64,000 bases of DNA from a virus. Within the stretch, counting starts at the first letter, position 1; each line of letters opens with the position of its first letter. The notes beneath the pieces were generated by a model, which saw nothing but the letters and a program-made list of their open reading frames with translations, was not told the DNA's origin and ran no database searches. Both the position numbers and the translations under genes were made by a program. Below are positions 1 through 11,007 of the stretch, piece after piece. The stretch is taken from positions 32,001 through 96,000 of IMG/VR virus record IMGVR_UViG_3300037319_000172; one strand, written 5' to 3'.

Positions 1-324
1 TATTGCTTTAGAAGGTCCTTTTAATTTAGAAGTATGTATTTTTCTGTATGATCCATCTTTTAACCTCACGTTGGCACCATTACCTTCAACACCAGTAATA
101 GATTCTAAATTAGCGTTTAGTCTTTCAATTTCTCTCTTTAAATAACCAAATGCTGGTATTTGTACAGACTTAACTCCTTCAGTTGAAGGATCCCATAAGT
201 CTACTACAACCGTTTCTTTATCGGTTGAGATCGCTTCATTAATACGATTGAAAGTTTCTAATGAATTAGTGTTTAATTCTAGAAACTGTTCAAGTAATTG
301 TGATATTGAATTTTGTGCACTCAT
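1..324 (-). CDS. Putative virion structural protein, 5' part only (runs off the window)
   Basis: ATG at 324; open frame MSAQNSISQLLEQFLELNTNS... to position 1; directly follows 327..2309 in the structural operon. Not in the ORF track. Confidence 0.7.
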   Translation of the reverse strand, partial: MSAQNSISQLLEQFLELNTNSLETFNRINEAISTDKETVVVDLWDPSTEGVKSVQIPAFGYLKREIERLNANLESITGVEGNGANVRLKDGSYRKIHTSKLKGPSKAI

Positions 325-326
325 AA

Positions 327-2309
327 TTATCTTATAATTTCAAGTTCGAATGTCTTGTTTATTTCGTCAATGCAAACTATTTCAATGTATGGTTTGTTAC
401 TTAATACGTCTCCAACTAGAATCGTATTCTTTAAATCCCATGCACCTTTTTTACCTACATATATTTTTATGCTATTGTTACCCAGCTTATTAATAAAAGT
501 CTTAAAAGTTATTTTAATAACTTGACCTAATACAACAGGTGTAACGCTATCATCTAAGTATATATCTAAATCATTAACAAACTCCTCGTCTTCATTGTAT
601 ATTCTAAGTAAGTTGTCATACCTTTTAAGTCTAGTCCAAATACCTTTAGATCCTGCAGTTTGTGGATTCCACATATTCGTAGAATCTATTTTGCTTTCTA
701 CTGTATTTCCTATAAAATCAAAAACACTTAAATCATTAAGATGATATCCACCGTCAGTATTATTTATTTTAATTTTACCTGGATTAGTTTTATCTATTTG
801 AATACCACTTCCTGCTTTAATAACATCGGTATTATATTGTATTGCAGAAGGTATTTTTCCTGAAATAACTTGATTTAACCTGTTATTTGTTTCTGATATA
901 ATATCTAAAATAGAGCTTGAGCTGCTAAAATTAAGAGCAGCATCTTCTAAAGCTTTTTCTAATAAAGCTACTTTATTAGAAATTTCATTTTGAGCGACTG
1001 ATGTCATTAGTAGATTCTCTAGATTATCTAATCTTTCAGATAATTTATTAAATCGATGACTAGCTTCCGCTAATACTTTTGCTGCATTCTCAAGAGCACT
1101 TGTAGAATCAAAGAATATATCCATCGAGAATGTAGAATAATCATTGATATTAGATTCTATTCCTACATTGTCTAGCGATGAATTAAATTTAACATTTAAC
1201 TTTAAAGCAAATGCATTTCCATTTAAACCTGTTATTTCGTTAGGTTTATATTTGCTTAATTCTGGAAGTGACCATCCTTCATTTACTGAATCATGTTTAA
1301 AGTTATCTAATAAGATAACTCCATATAAGTTTGTCGATCTTTGTGCTGGATTTGATTTAGAATAAACATCATAATACACTAAAATTGCATTGAATCTAAA
1401 ATCTCCACCTCTTTTAGAGTAATCTAAAATAGAACTTAATTTAGAATCATTTTCTATTGCAGCGTATGTCGTTGGATTCCACTCAATACCATAATTATAA
1501 GTATCGTTTGTGTCTATATTAATAGTACCTTCAGCTGAATCAGCTAAAGATCCTAATTTTATATTAGAATCTGGATGAACCTGTCCTTCTCTACCGTTAA
1601 TAGTAGATTCAGGCTGGTATGATGTTGCTGTTGTATTATACTCACTTGATTTAAATAAAATATCTGGAGTAGATCCTACTGAAGATGGAACATTCACAAA
1701 AACTTCATTATAAGTATCTCCGTTGTAACTCTTATCATTAGTTACATCTACGTTTCCTAGGTATTTTACAACTTTACTATATTCTGATCCACTTTGTATT
1801 GAATCATCTTCCTCTACATGTCTAGTGTTTCCTGAAGATGCTTCTTGCGAATTTGCTGGCTTTGTTCTAAATGCACCAATATGATTTAACCATTTAAAGA
1901 AAATCTTTTCAGAGTCAGACGCGTATATTGCACTATCAAAATCATCATCAGATAAAATAAAGTTTTCTAAGTTAAGTGCGTAATTTTGAAATGTTTCTGC
2001 GAATCTACGATTTGCATTATCATCTGTTGGATTGTTATCATATGATGGTGCAACTCCTCCACCACTCCCAGATCCGCTTCCAGATCCAGACACTGGTCCA
2101 CCTTCATACAACTTATCAAATTGTATATAGTTATTAGTTGCATCACCTGAGGGTACTGCAACAACTGGTATATCTAGCAATGCGAATTTTGAATATTCAA
2201 AAACGACATCCGGATTATAGTATGCTCTAGTAAGATCTCTAGCAGCGCTAGAAAAGGCATACATAGTACCTCCCTGTTCCTGTGGAATTCTAATTAATGG
2301 TGTAGCCAT
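327..2309 (-). CDS. Putative virion (baseplate/tail-associated) protein
   Basis: 660 aa in structural operon; GS linker, central coiled coil, DVIKAGSGIQID-type fibre motif. Confidence 0.55.
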   Translation of the reverse strand: MATPLIRIPQEQGGTMYAFSSAARDLTRAYYNPDVVFEYSKFALLDIPVVAVPSGDATNNYIQFDKLYEGGPVSGSGSGSGSGGGVAPSYDNNPTDDNANRRFAETFQNYALNLENFILSDDDFDSAIYASDSEKIFFKWLNHIGAFRTKPANSQEASSGNTRHVEEDDSIQSGSEYSKVVKYLGNVDVTNDKSYNGDTYNEVFVNVPSSVGSTPDILFKSSEYNTTATSYQPESTINGREGQVHPDSNIKLGSLADSAEGTINIDTNDTYNYGIEWNPTTYAAIENDSKLSSILDYSKRGGDFRFNAILVYYDVYSKSNPAQRSTNLYGVILLDNFKHDSVNEGWSLPELSKYKPNEITGLNGNAFALKLNVKFNSSLDNVGIESNINDYSTFSMDIFFDSTSALENAAKVLAEASHRFNKLSERLDNLENLLMTSVAQNEISNKVALLEKALEDAALNFSSSSSILDIISETNNRLNQVISGKIPSAIQYNTDVIKAGSGIQIDKTNPGKIKINNTDGGYHLNDLSVFDFIGNTVESKIDSTNMWNPQTAGSKGIWTRLKRYDNLLRIYNEDEEFVNDLDIYLDDSVTPVVLGQVIKITFKTFINKLGNNSIKIYVGKKGAWDLKNTILVGDVLSNKPYIEIVCIDEINKTFELEIIR

Positions 2310-2325
2310 TTACTTGTTTTGTTTT

Positions 2326-2874
2326 TTAAAATGTTAATGTAGTATTAGCGTGTGAAATAACATACCATAATGAATCTACTTGTCTTAACGTTAATGTCCC
2401 GTTGTCTAATATATCAAAAATTACTGATATTCCAGCGATATTTGCTGCGTCAATTGTAACATCACCGCTTGCTATAAGAGTAATTGTCTGACCTTCAGTT
2501 CCTAAATTAACGGTGTTTACCGAATTTAACGCTGATCCGTCAATAACGTAAGTTGATTTTGTATAACCATTAACTAATGGCATTGCAGTGACAGGTCCGA
2601 TTGTTGAATGAACCAAAGAACCTTCTAAAGTTAAAGAACTCTTAACTGTTAATGCCTTATGCGCTGTTATTGTGCTAGCTGTTGTTGTGAATACTCCTGC
2701 AATAGTTAATACTGATGCTGAGATAGATCCTGAAAGCGTTAAACTTTGTGTTTCTGTGTTTAGTAAACCACTGATTTCGTTAATCTGGTCGTTTAAAGAC
2801 GCAAAGTTGTCGTTTAGTACCAGCCTAGACGCTGATAAACTATCTGTTCCTAAAATTTGTGTGATGCTTGCCAT
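2326..2874 (-). CDS. Putative short fibre/baseplate protein
   Basis: N-terminal SLSASRLVLNDNF motif typical of T4-like baseplate/fibre N-termini; beta-rich C-terminus. Confidence 0.55.
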   Translation of the reverse strand: MASITQILGTDSLSASRLVLNDNFASLNDQINEISGLLNTETQSLTLSGSISASVLTIAGVFTTTASTITAHKALTVKSSLTLEGSLVHSTIGPVTAMPLVNGYTKSTYVIDGSALNSVNTVNLGTEGQTITLIASGDVTIDAANIAGISVIFDILDNGTLTLRQVDSLWYVISHANTTLTF

Positions 2875-5691
2875 TTAAATTATTTTTAATATGTTTTTAA
2901 TTATTGTATTCTTATTTCCATTAGAATCTTTCAAATCTAACGATACTGTATAATATCCTTTATCTTTAAATAAATAAGTTAATATTGGATTACTATAATA
3001 TATATCTTCGATATTTGATGTACTATTTGATAATGTCCACTGTTGATCAACTATTCCTGGCATATTGCTTAAATCGTATGAAAAAGTGACATGGTTTAGC
3101 GAGTGTAATTCTGCTAAATTATTTATTATATATGTATCATCGAAACTAGGGTTATAACTTTTAAAATTTATTATCTCAGCAATTGCATTCTCTCTACCTG
3201 TAACTTCAACACTACTAAAATCATAACTCCTAGAAGGTTCTTCACCAACAACGAGTATATAAAGGCATACATCCTCATCTCCGTCATTATCATTATCCTT
3301 TAATATAGGGTTATAATTAAATTTAGATAATATAGGATGTTCCTTTCTATCTAGATCTCTTAATTCGGTAGATATTAATTCCCAAGCAGGTATATCAGTA
3401 CCTAACGAAGGGATTGTATTTGTTATTGTGTAAGAATCTTTAACTATTATTCCAGTACTTGGATTCTTTTGTTCTATTGTAAGCACATCTCCATTTATCA
3501 TCTCTAATAAATTTAATTGAAATGAAGAATTGATATCTGATCCGACTCTTGTCATTTCCCAAGTTACTTCAGGTCCGTCTTCCCATACGTGATTCTTAAG
3601 AGATGCCCATTGGTATGGACCTGCAGTTTCACTAAATCCTGAAATAGATGTAGAGTCTAAATATCTTCTAACAGTTGAGTGTTCTATTCCAACTGAACTT
3701 TCATCATGTATATAATTTGCACGATCTAGTGTATTGTAATAAGTAGCAATAACATCGCTTACTGGCATTACGTTTTCTCTAGACCAATCCCAATTAGAAC
3801 CTGCTTTGTCCCATGAGTATTTATAGTCTTTAAAGTCTAATTGTTTTGTTGCCAATTGAGTTAATCCATAAACTTCAACGTTTTTGTTTTTAACTTCAAT
3901 CCATTCTTTATTAATCTTAGTACTTTTTACATTATATAAGTCATATAAATTAGTTTCTACAGTGTAACTTCCAGTATATGGTAAAGTTAAAGGAATATTG
4001 TTATATTCTGCAATAGGCCCTCTGAAATATCTTTTGTAATCTCTAGGTCCTATTAATACCCATTCTATTTCATATACTCCTCTGTGCCACCAATTAGACC
4101 ATGTTAATAAATTCTTAACAGTAGCGTCGTGCTCTGCTAAATAATTATTTAACTTCTCAACTCCTTCTGTTGATTTATCCGTCTCCATTGATTGTACTGC
4201 ATTAGACACTTCAGCATCCTTTGCATCTTCCCATGTGAATTCAGCAAGTTTCCACTGATCTTCAACACCTTCAACATGTAATGATATTGGAGCTCCGATT
4301 GGAATTCCAGCTATTGTATTAAACGTATTTAGACTATTATTATAATAATCACCATAGAATTCTTTAATAGATTCTACGATACTTAATTTGTCTGCAGGGG
4401 TTATTGCATTAAAATCTTGATTAAAACCAGTAAGCCTGTGATCTACCTTACGAAGATCTTCCATGAATATATTCCTAGCTTCTGGTTTTAGAACTGGTCT
4501 AAACTCTACACCAGCGTTCTGTACTTTAATATTATGTTGATTATTCCAAACATTTTGATTAAATTGCGAAAAGTAATCCCCTTCACCTGTTATATCTACG
4601 ATTTTAGCCTGTAACGGTAAGTAATCTTTTTGTAATTTATTCTTTAATCCATATAACTTAATTAAAACCTCGTCTGGAGAATAATCTATAGTTTCTTCAA
4701 CTGTTGGGATATCCCATTCATCTAATACTCCTGTTGGAGTATTTAATCTATAAACTAAAGAGAATCTAGAAGTTTTCTTTTGATTAGAGTTTGGTAATTC
4801 GTTTCCTTTATTCTTGTTAGCTAAAAAACCAACAACATCTTGATTAGGAATTGCGACAGCCTTAAGCTTACCGAAATTCTCAGATTGTTCATTGATATTT
4901 AACCAATATTCCTTTAAAGTTATTTTATCGTATCCAAAGAAATCAATAGCACTTAACAATGCTTTATAAGTTCCTATAAATGGTTTTATTTTAGATGCCT
5001 GTAAAAGTAATTCTTTACGCTTTTGATTTAAAAGTATAAAGTCAGGAGATTGCTCTTGTATATTAGACTCTTTAAATATAAAGTAATCTAAATCATCAAG
5101 GTTCATTCCCATGTTTGAAAGTAACGATTTTAATCTATCATCTTCTCCCTCAACTTCACCATATACCTTTATCTGCGCTATTTCTCTTGTTTCTACTCCA
5201 TCAACAACTTCTAATATACTTAAAGTTCTAATATGAAAGCCTTCAACTTCTGATGTTAATGCAACATGTGCGGTAATTGGAGTTGCTGGTAAATTGCTAT
5301 GAACTACTTTACTATTTCCTATTGAAGATACTGAATTTGAAGATAGTAACAAACTAGAGGATTGCATTTTATCTTTTTGAATATAAAGTTCTCCTGCATC
5401 TTTAATTGCGCTGTATAAGAAAACGTCTTCACTAGTATTATAGTCGTCTTTAAATTTAAATTTAAAAGATACATCACCTGATACTTCAGCGATAGGTGTG
5501 ATATAACTCTTTTCACCTAAAGTTCCTATTACTTCTTCTAAAATATGTAATGTTAATGTCTCATATAATCCGACAGAAACAAGTGGAAGGTATGAAACCC
5601 CCTGCAGTATATTTAAATCATCGTTGTAGATTAAATTTAAGTCGTTAGATTCACTGTCAAAAAATCTTATGTTGTGATATCTATTTGCCAT
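2875..5691 (-). CDS. Baseplate wedge-like protein with PKD/Ig-like repeats
   Basis: IGTYKALLSAIDFFGY...LKEYW resembles gp7/tail protein I motif; GSYTVE and GYYTVSL PKD-like motifs; next to gp6-like gene. Confidence 0.55.
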   Translation of the reverse strand: MANRYHNIRFFDSESNDLNLIYNDDLNILQGVSYLPLVSVGLYETLTLHILEEVIGTLGEKSYITPIAEVSGDVSFKFKFKDDYNTSEDVFLYSAIKDAGELYIQKDKMQSSSLLLSSNSVSSIGNSKVVHSNLPATPITAHVALTSEVEGFHIRTLSILEVVDGVETREIAQIKVYGEVEGEDDRLKSLLSNMGMNLDDLDYFIFKESNIQEQSPDFILLNQKRKELLLQASKIKPFIGTYKALLSAIDFFGYDKITLKEYWLNINEQSENFGKLKAVAIPNQDVVGFLANKNKGNELPNSNQKKTSRFSLVYRLNTPTGVLDEWDIPTVEETIDYSPDEVLIKLYGLKNKLQKDYLPLQAKIVDITGEGDYFSQFNQNVWNNQHNIKVQNAGVEFRPVLKPEARNIFMEDLRKVDHRLTGFNQDFNAITPADKLSIVESIKEFYGDYYNNSLNTFNTIAGIPIGAPISLHVEGVEDQWKLAEFTWEDAKDAEVSNAVQSMETDKSTEGVEKLNNYLAEHDATVKNLLTWSNWWHRGVYEIEWVLIGPRDYKRYFRGPIAEYNNIPLTLPYTGSYTVETNLYDLYNVKSTKINKEWIEVKNKNVEVYGLTQLATKQLDFKDYKYSWDKAGSNWDWSRENVMPVSDVIATYYNTLDRANYIHDESSVGIEHSTVRRYLDSTSISGFSETAGPYQWASLKNHVWEDGPEVTWEMTRVGSDINSSFQLNLLEMINGDVLTIEQKNPSTGIIVKDSYTITNTIPSLGTDIPAWELISTELRDLDRKEHPILSKFNYNPILKDNDNDGDEDVCLYILVVGEEPSRSYDFSSVEVTGRENAIAEIINFKSYNPSFDDTYIINNLAELHSLNHVTFSYDLSNMPGIVDQQWTLSNSTSNIEDIYYSNPILTYLFKDKGYYTVSLDLKDSNGNKNTIIKNILKII

Positions 5692-5963
5692 TATCTAAAG
5701 TTTTTATAGTCTTTTTTAGTTGTATATGATTTAAATCCCTTAAGGTATGTTACCGCATCTACTAGATCTGATAATACCTTCTGAATTAAAATTACAAAAT
5801 CATTCATTCTAGCATTTCGCATAATATAAGGAGATATTGACTTCTTTAGAATGTTGTTAGTATAATCGTTACCTAAGTTTTTTCGATTATCCATTACACC
5901 ACGCCTAACTCTGTAATTTCTCTTTTGTCTACTTTTAAATAGATTTTGTATTAAAGATGCCAT
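5691..5963 (-). CDS. Small basic hypothetical protein (baseplate cluster)
   Basis: 90 aa, translationally coupled on both sides. Confidence 0.6.
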   Translation of the reverse strand: MASLIQNLFKSRQKRNYRVRRGVMDNRKNLGNDYTNNILKKSISPYIMRNARMNDFVILIQKVLSDLVDAVTYLKGFKSYTTKKDYKNFR

Positions 5964-7783
5964 TATAATGCTTTTCTATTTTTAGCTTGTATTTTAGAAA
6001 ATATAGTATTTGGAACTGCATGTTCGTCGAAATAAATCGAAAGTGCTCCTTGTTCTCCTAGCTTTGCATCATCTGGAATTTCAACTCCATCTCTATCTAA
6101 CCAACCTCCTCTGAATAAAGCAACTTCTTCTTTACCTAAAAGTATATCACCAAATGAGTCTAAATTAATAACATCTTCAGGTAATGCGGCATTAGGTTCA
6201 AAGCTTATTTTTCTTTCAGTTACTGTTCTTTTAAAGAAAACATATTTTTGTTTACCATTTCCTATTGTTTCCAATATAGGGGTAGATGGAGTTACTATAA
6301 CTTTCTCTAGGATGTAATACCCTAACCTACGTGCATCTTCCTCTACTTTAGATATAAATCTTACATTTACCGAATCAATCCCCTCAACACTCTCTAATAG
6401 TGCTATAATGTCAGATTTTGGTAAACGATCTCTTCTTGTTATGTTGATTAAATATTCAGATATCTTAGATCTTATTTCAGAATAAAGAGCAGGTTTGTTA
6501 TATCCTTCAAAATATCTAACTTTAACATCCATACTAAAATACTGAATAGAAGGTTCTACTATTTTAACCTCAGTAGTCACCATTTGTTGTCCACTGTTTT
6601 CTAATAATTCTAAAAATCCATTCTTTTCTTCACTTGAGAAAAAGAATTCATCTAAACCTAAATTAAAATAATCTTTATTCTTAGTTAATTTTCTAGCCGT
6701 GTCTGGCAACATAAATAAATAAATAACATTGTCATCATCAATATATCCATCATCTGTAGTATTATATGCATCTAAATAAGAAAACATTCCGTATCTTGAT
6801 AAAAAATACTCAAAAGAATTAGGGTTAGCTAAAACAAATGAATGAGATTGCAGTGGAGCTATTAATTTAGTTAAGTTGATATCTTCTGGGTTTGCTCCCA
6901 TTTTAGGAGCAATTGTAAATGAAGATTCTAATAACTCATTTAAGTCATATTCTTCTCCCATTGAATCAAAACCTTCAGTTATAAACTTAAAGGTAAGATC
7001 CTTAGACCCTGTTAAATTACCTAAAGTACCTGAAGTTGTCATGTACTCTATTGTAATTGAACTACCAGCCGATGGAACAGATCCGAAAGAACCATTTCCA
7101 AAGTATATGTCTAAACCTCCGTTTATTCCTGTTTTAACTAAATATCCTTTAGTCTCAACTTTCATATCGTATAATGAATCATACTTAGACCATAATGTAC
7201 TATTTACGCTTACTCTAACTGAGTGATGATCTGTGTTTTCTTTTGTTAGTATATTAAAAGACTGTAAATTTTCACCAGTTCCTGTTACCGTTTGTGATTC
7301 GAATTTTCCTTGAATAACTGGTATGCTTATGTAACTTGCATTGTTCTTTTCAATTCTAAAAATATCGTTGTTTGTTTTTAAAATATATTCTAAACCGTTA
7401 GAAGTACATTTAATAATAGAATTTTTAGATATATTTAAAGCGTCTCCTGCAATATCACTAGAAGCTGTTGTGTTTAATCTTATTCTAATTTCACCATACG
7501 CACTAGATCCTCTAAATGCATCATGACCTGCAAGTCTAGCAAGACCATATACTGATTCAGGGTTTTGCGCTGTTAATATATTCTGCTCAACCGTGGCATC
7601 TTCAACATAGAAGAATATAAGCTTAGTGATTTCAGTAAGAACGTCTAGTATTTGTGAAAAGGGAGATGCTGTTGTAAATAATTCACCTGTTCTTCCATAT
7701 AAACGAGAAATATATGACCTCGTGTCCGTGATCATTTCGTCTGCTCTTATCCTAGAGGCTTTTAAAAATTTAAATTCAGCCAT
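5963..7783 (-). CDS. Baseplate wedge subunit (T4 gp6 / baseplate J-like)
   Basis: NILTAQNPESVYGLARLAG, IYFGNGSFG.VP, SITIEY.T.G..GN and VEGIDSVNV motifs. Confidence 0.8.
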   Translation of the reverse strand: MAEFKFLKASRIRADEMITDTRSYISRLYGRTGELFTTASPFSQILDVLTEITKLIFFYVEDATVEQNILTAQNPESVYGLARLAGHDAFRGSSAYGEIRIRLNTTASSDIAGDALNISKNSIIKCTSNGLEYILKTNNDIFRIEKNNASYISIPVIQGKFESQTVTGTGENLQSFNILTKENTDHHSVRVSVNSTLWSKYDSLYDMKVETKGYLVKTGINGGLDIYFGNGSFGSVPSAGSSITIEYMTTSGTLGNLTGSKDLTFKFITEGFDSMGEEYDLNELLESSFTIAPKMGANPEDINLTKLIAPLQSHSFVLANPNSFEYFLSRYGMFSYLDAYNTTDDGYIDDDNVIYLFMLPDTARKLTKNKDYFNLGLDEFFFSSEEKNGFLELLENSGQQMVTTEVKIVEPSIQYFSMDVKVRYFEGYNKPALYSEIRSKISEYLINITRRDRLPKSDIIALLESVEGIDSVNVRFISKVEEDARRLGYYILEKVIVTPSTPILETIGNGKQKYVFFKRTVTERKISFEPNAALPEDVINLDSFGDILLGKEEVALFRGGWLDRDGVEIPDDAKLGEQGALSIYFDEHAVPNTIFSKIQAKNRKAL

Positions 7784-7800
7784 TATTTATATTTATAATT

Positions 7801-8154
7801 TTATATATAGACTCCTAATTGGAATCTAGAATCTACTGTAATATCTAAAAACATTACATGTCTGTCCACATCTTCGACTACTTCGATGCTAACGTCTACT
7901 TTGTATTTTGTTGCAAGAGGAACATATGCTATCAATTGATTAACTACTACGTTTTTTAATTGAAAATCATTATACCTTAATTCATATACATGGTCTTCTA
8001 GGTTTGCTCCAAAATCAGGTTGCCCTAGAACTTCGCCCTTTCGGGTAAAAAGCATTGTTTCAATCTGCGTTAATAACATAGACAGTTCAGTGTCCTGCTG
8101 CATCACATCAGATTTGTAGTTAGGTTCTCCTATATTTTTTACGTAAAATTCCAT
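7801..8154 (-). CDS. Baseplate wedge subunit (gp25-like)
   Basis: LFTRKGEVLGQPDFGANLE motif; 117 aa; adjacent to gp6-like gene. Confidence 0.85.
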   Translation of the reverse strand: MEFYVKNIGEPNYKSDVMQQDTELSMLLTQIETMLFTRKGEVLGQPDFGANLEDHVYELRYNDFQLKNVVVNQLIAYVPLATKYKVDVSIEVVEDVDRHVMFLDITVDSRFQLGVYI

Positions 8155-8170
8155 ATGTTTATATATACGT

Positions 8171-9004
8171 TTAAGAATGCATCATCCAATCCGTTCCTTC
8201 ATCGTTCTTTATTTCTTCAATTACTGCTTCTAATTCTCCTTCTCCTAATCCTTGTATAAGATCTGCATTTACTTGAATATTACCAGGTAATGTAAATCCG
8301 AATATTCCTAGTTTTTGACCTAAAGATATTTTAATCTTTGCAGAACAATACCTAAAAAATGCTTCATCACTAAATAGTGCACATTCTGGAATTGTTTCAT
8401 AAACTTCCAATATAATATCTTTCATAGGTGTTTCTCCTGTGAATTTTAATTCATGAGTTAGTTGATTGTAATTAAAACTTATCGGGTTATCTATAATTTG
8501 TCTGGCAAGATCGAAAAAACTTTCATTAATAACATAAGACTGTAAGTTTTCAGCAGCTCCTGCAATTCCAGCACCGCCGCTATAAGTTCCTTGCATCATC
8601 ATTCGCTCTACACTAAAATCACCCTTTTGAAAATCAACATCATTAGTTCCTCCAAAACGAGATCCTGCAGTAAAACAACCGTACACTGAATATATCTCAT
8701 TACCTCCCGTTGTTGTGTCAGGTCCCGGTAACGTAAACGATCTTGTCGCTTTGAATTTTTCAGAATCAAATAAAGAATGGGGTAATACCACAAAACTTTC
8801 TTTAACAGAATATTCATAGTTTTTATAAAACCATTTCTTTGCTCTTTTAATTATATTCTGAACTTCCTTCTTAGGCAGATTCATTGGAATCATACAAGAA
8901 CCTGTAACGTCTTCCGCTAATTCTAAAACAAATTCATTAAAACAATTTACGCCTGGTTCTACATCGTCTAACCATGATTCTTTACCTACAAAAATATTAC
9001 TCAT
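8171..9004 (-). CDS. Neck protein (T4 gp13-like)
   Basis: C-terminal LPGNIQVNADLIQGLGEGELEAVIEEI matches the gp13 LPGGV.idG pattern; ATG at 9004 preferred over TTG at 9010. Confidence 0.7.
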   Translation of the reverse strand: MSNIFVGKESWLDDVEPGVNCFNEFVLELAEDVTGSCMIPMNLPKKEVQNIIKRAKKWFYKNYEYSVKESFVVLPHSLFDSEKFKATRSFTLPGPDTTTGGNEIYSVYGCFTAGSRFGGTNDVDFQKGDFSVERMMMQGTYSGGAGIAGAAENLQSYVINESFFDLARQIIDNPISFNYNQLTHELKFTGETPMKDIILEVYETIPECALFSDEAFFRYCSAKIKISLGQKLGIFGFTLPGNIQVNADLIQGLGEGELEAVIEEIKNDEGTDWMMHS

Positions 9005-9019
9005 TTTCAATTATTATTT

Positions 9020-10312
9020 TTAAACTTCAGTATACAGGATCTTTTCAGTTCCATCAAACTTCGCTAGTTTTTTATCGTATCTTCCTTCTCTAAATATTCC
9101 GCCTTCCATGGAACCTTTTAGTATTCCATCACCATATATATAACCATCTTTTATTTTGACACTTTGGTGAACGTAGCTACTTTTTATCTTTGAAGAAACT
9201 ATTTCGCAATTATCGTAAAAGTTACAGTTATTTAAATCGGAACCATCAATCTTACATCTAAATAAATCACAGTGATATAATTCTCCTCGAATTTGACATC
9301 CTATAAAATCATATCTTTCTAATTCCACACAGTATTGAAGTTCACCTTCACTTACTTGTACTTTACCAGTATCTGTATCATAGTTTATATGTCCTTTCAC
9401 TAAAGTACCGTGAGTAAATAATCTCATTACTCTTTCTTTAATGTTATCCCAGTGCAGATCTAGTATTTGAGCGTAGTTCTGTAAGTCAACTGTGAATTTT
9501 ACATTCTTCCATTCCTTTTCAATAAATCTCCAATCTTTCCTTGCATCTATAATCCTCTGGTTCTCAGAAAGTATTCTCTTTAACTCTAAAGCATTAAGTG
9601 GCGTAAAATGTTTATCCATAGTAGAATTCCAAAGTTGTATTAGGAATTGATCTAGCATGTGTAGTATTGTTGAAGTTTTCTTTTCCCAATCTGCTCCTCC
9701 GATATATCTGAACTCTAAATAGTTCTTATGTCTTTTGTCGAAGTTGATTCCGTAGTATTTTGAATCAGGGTAAATAAAGTTTTGTGAGTGTATATGTTCT
9801 CCGTTGAAGAAGCTCATACCTGTTTTCGGTAAAACAAACTTTACAGATTTAGCGTATGCTGAATCTTTTCTTTCTGGAAAGAATTTAAATACTTGATCTT
9901 CTTTAAAGTCAAGTATGAATTTAAGAACATTCATTTTAGAAATCCTGTACTTGTCTTCTATTTTGTTTTTGTCAAACGATAAATTTAAGTGAATTGACGT
10001 TCTGTCATTAGTATATCCGTTTTCTTTAATCCAACGACATACATTGATAATCATTAATCTTGCACCATAATATTCTTGTGGTCCGGTAACAAGCTCCATT
10101 AGCTTTTCACCACCGCTCATATCTGGTTCTATTTTGAATTCGTCAGCAGTAACTTCAAAGTCACTGTGTGCTTTTTTCTCTACTCTAATCTTTTTATTTA
10201 ATAAACCTGCAAGTTCTTTTGCAGTTTCATCAATCGTTAGATTTGAATAGAACTCGAATTCTACGCCGACAAGGCAGTTTTTTAGTACTTCTGAATCGTT
10301 AAATGTGTTCAT
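9020..10312 (-). CDS. Putative amidoligase (COOH-NH2 ligase, Amidoligase_2-like) with C-terminal beta-helix
   Basis: GVEFEF, ELVT, SIHLNLS, KYYGIN, YLEFR motifs; pentapeptide-like C-terminal repeats. Confidence 0.7.
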   Translation of the reverse strand: MNTFNDSEVLKNCLVGVEFEFYSNLTIDETAKELAGLLNKKIRVEKKAHSDFEVTADEFKIEPDMSGGEKLMELVTGPQEYYGARLMIINVCRWIKENGYTNDRTSIHLNLSFDKNKIEDKYRISKMNVLKFILDFKEDQVFKFFPERKDSAYAKSVKFVLPKTGMSFFNGEHIHSQNFIYPDSKYYGINFDKRHKNYLEFRYIGGADWEKKTSTILHMLDQFLIQLWNSTMDKHFTPLNALELKRILSENQRIIDARKDWRFIEKEWKNVKFTVDLQNYAQILDLHWDNIKERVMRLFTHGTLVKGHINYDTDTGKVQVSEGELQYCVELERYDFIGCQIRGELYHCDLFRCKIDGSDLNNCNFYDNCEIVSSKIKSSYVHQSVKIKDGYIYGDGILKGSMEGGIFREGRYDKKLAKFDGTEKILYTEV

Positions 10313-10389
10313 TATCGAATATATATTAAACTTAAGTTAGTTTATATATTCGAGTTATATTATGATAATTATGGTTTAATCATATGTAA

Positions 10390-10584
10390 CTACCATCTTA
10401 GTAGTTTTTTCTCTAATGTATTTAATAAGGAAGACATCTTTTTTAAAGAAGCAACCGCAATCTTTTCCCTATTAATAATATTTTTATTAGATATTTCTAA
10501 ATGATCTATGTAGATTTCAAGATCTGCAATTAATTGCACTCTAGTTTCCTTGCCTATGTATTCTTTTCTATTTGGTCTTTCCAT
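10390..10584 (-). CDS. Hypothetical protein
   Basis: 64 aa in small-gene cassette downstream of the class I promoter at 11210. Confidence 0.6.
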   Translation of the reverse strand: MERPNRKEYIGKETRVQLIADLEIYIDHLEISNKNIINREKIAVASLKKMSSLLNTLEKKLLRW

Positions 10585-10598
10585 TTAATTTATTTAAA

Positions 10599-10817
10599 CT
10601 ATCTTTCTAATATAACGTATTCTCCAAATGTATCATCAAATACTGATAATAGATTTTCGTAATCACCGCTCATCATTTTTTCAAGAATAGGTTCTACTGG
10701 TATATCTAAATCATTACAAAATCTTCTAGCATAGCTCATTAAAGCGTGTGCATTTCCATCAGGTCCTGTTAAATCTATTACTATTGGTCCTTCGTGTTTT
10801 TGTTTTTCTCTAATCAT
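10599..10817 (-). CDS. Conserved small phage protein
   Basis: IDLTGPDGNA motif with GDYENLL, common in phage hypotheticals. Confidence 0.7.
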   Translation of the reverse strand: MIREKQKHEGPIVIDLTGPDGNAHALMSYARRFCNDLDIPVEPILEKMMSGDYENLLSVFDDTFGEYVILER

Positions 10818-11007
10818 TTTCTTCTAGTTTTTCTTCTTGTTTTTTTAGTTTTTTTAGCTCTTTTAATCTTTTCTTTCTTGTTTTTTTAGCATTTTTAATT
10901 AAAACCTTAATTATTTCCGATGCTGTATCAACAATGACGCTTACTAATAAATAGGCGAAGAATAATCTTAAAAAGTCGCTGGAAATGTAATCTAGTGATT
11001 CTTTCAT
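10810..11007 (-). CDS. Small membrane protein with basic tail
   Basis: One hydrophobic helix followed by a K-rich tail. Confidence 0.55.
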   Translation of the reverse strand: MKESLDYISSDFLRLFFAYLLVSVIVDTASEIIKVLIKNAKKTRKKRLKELKKLKKQEEKLEEND

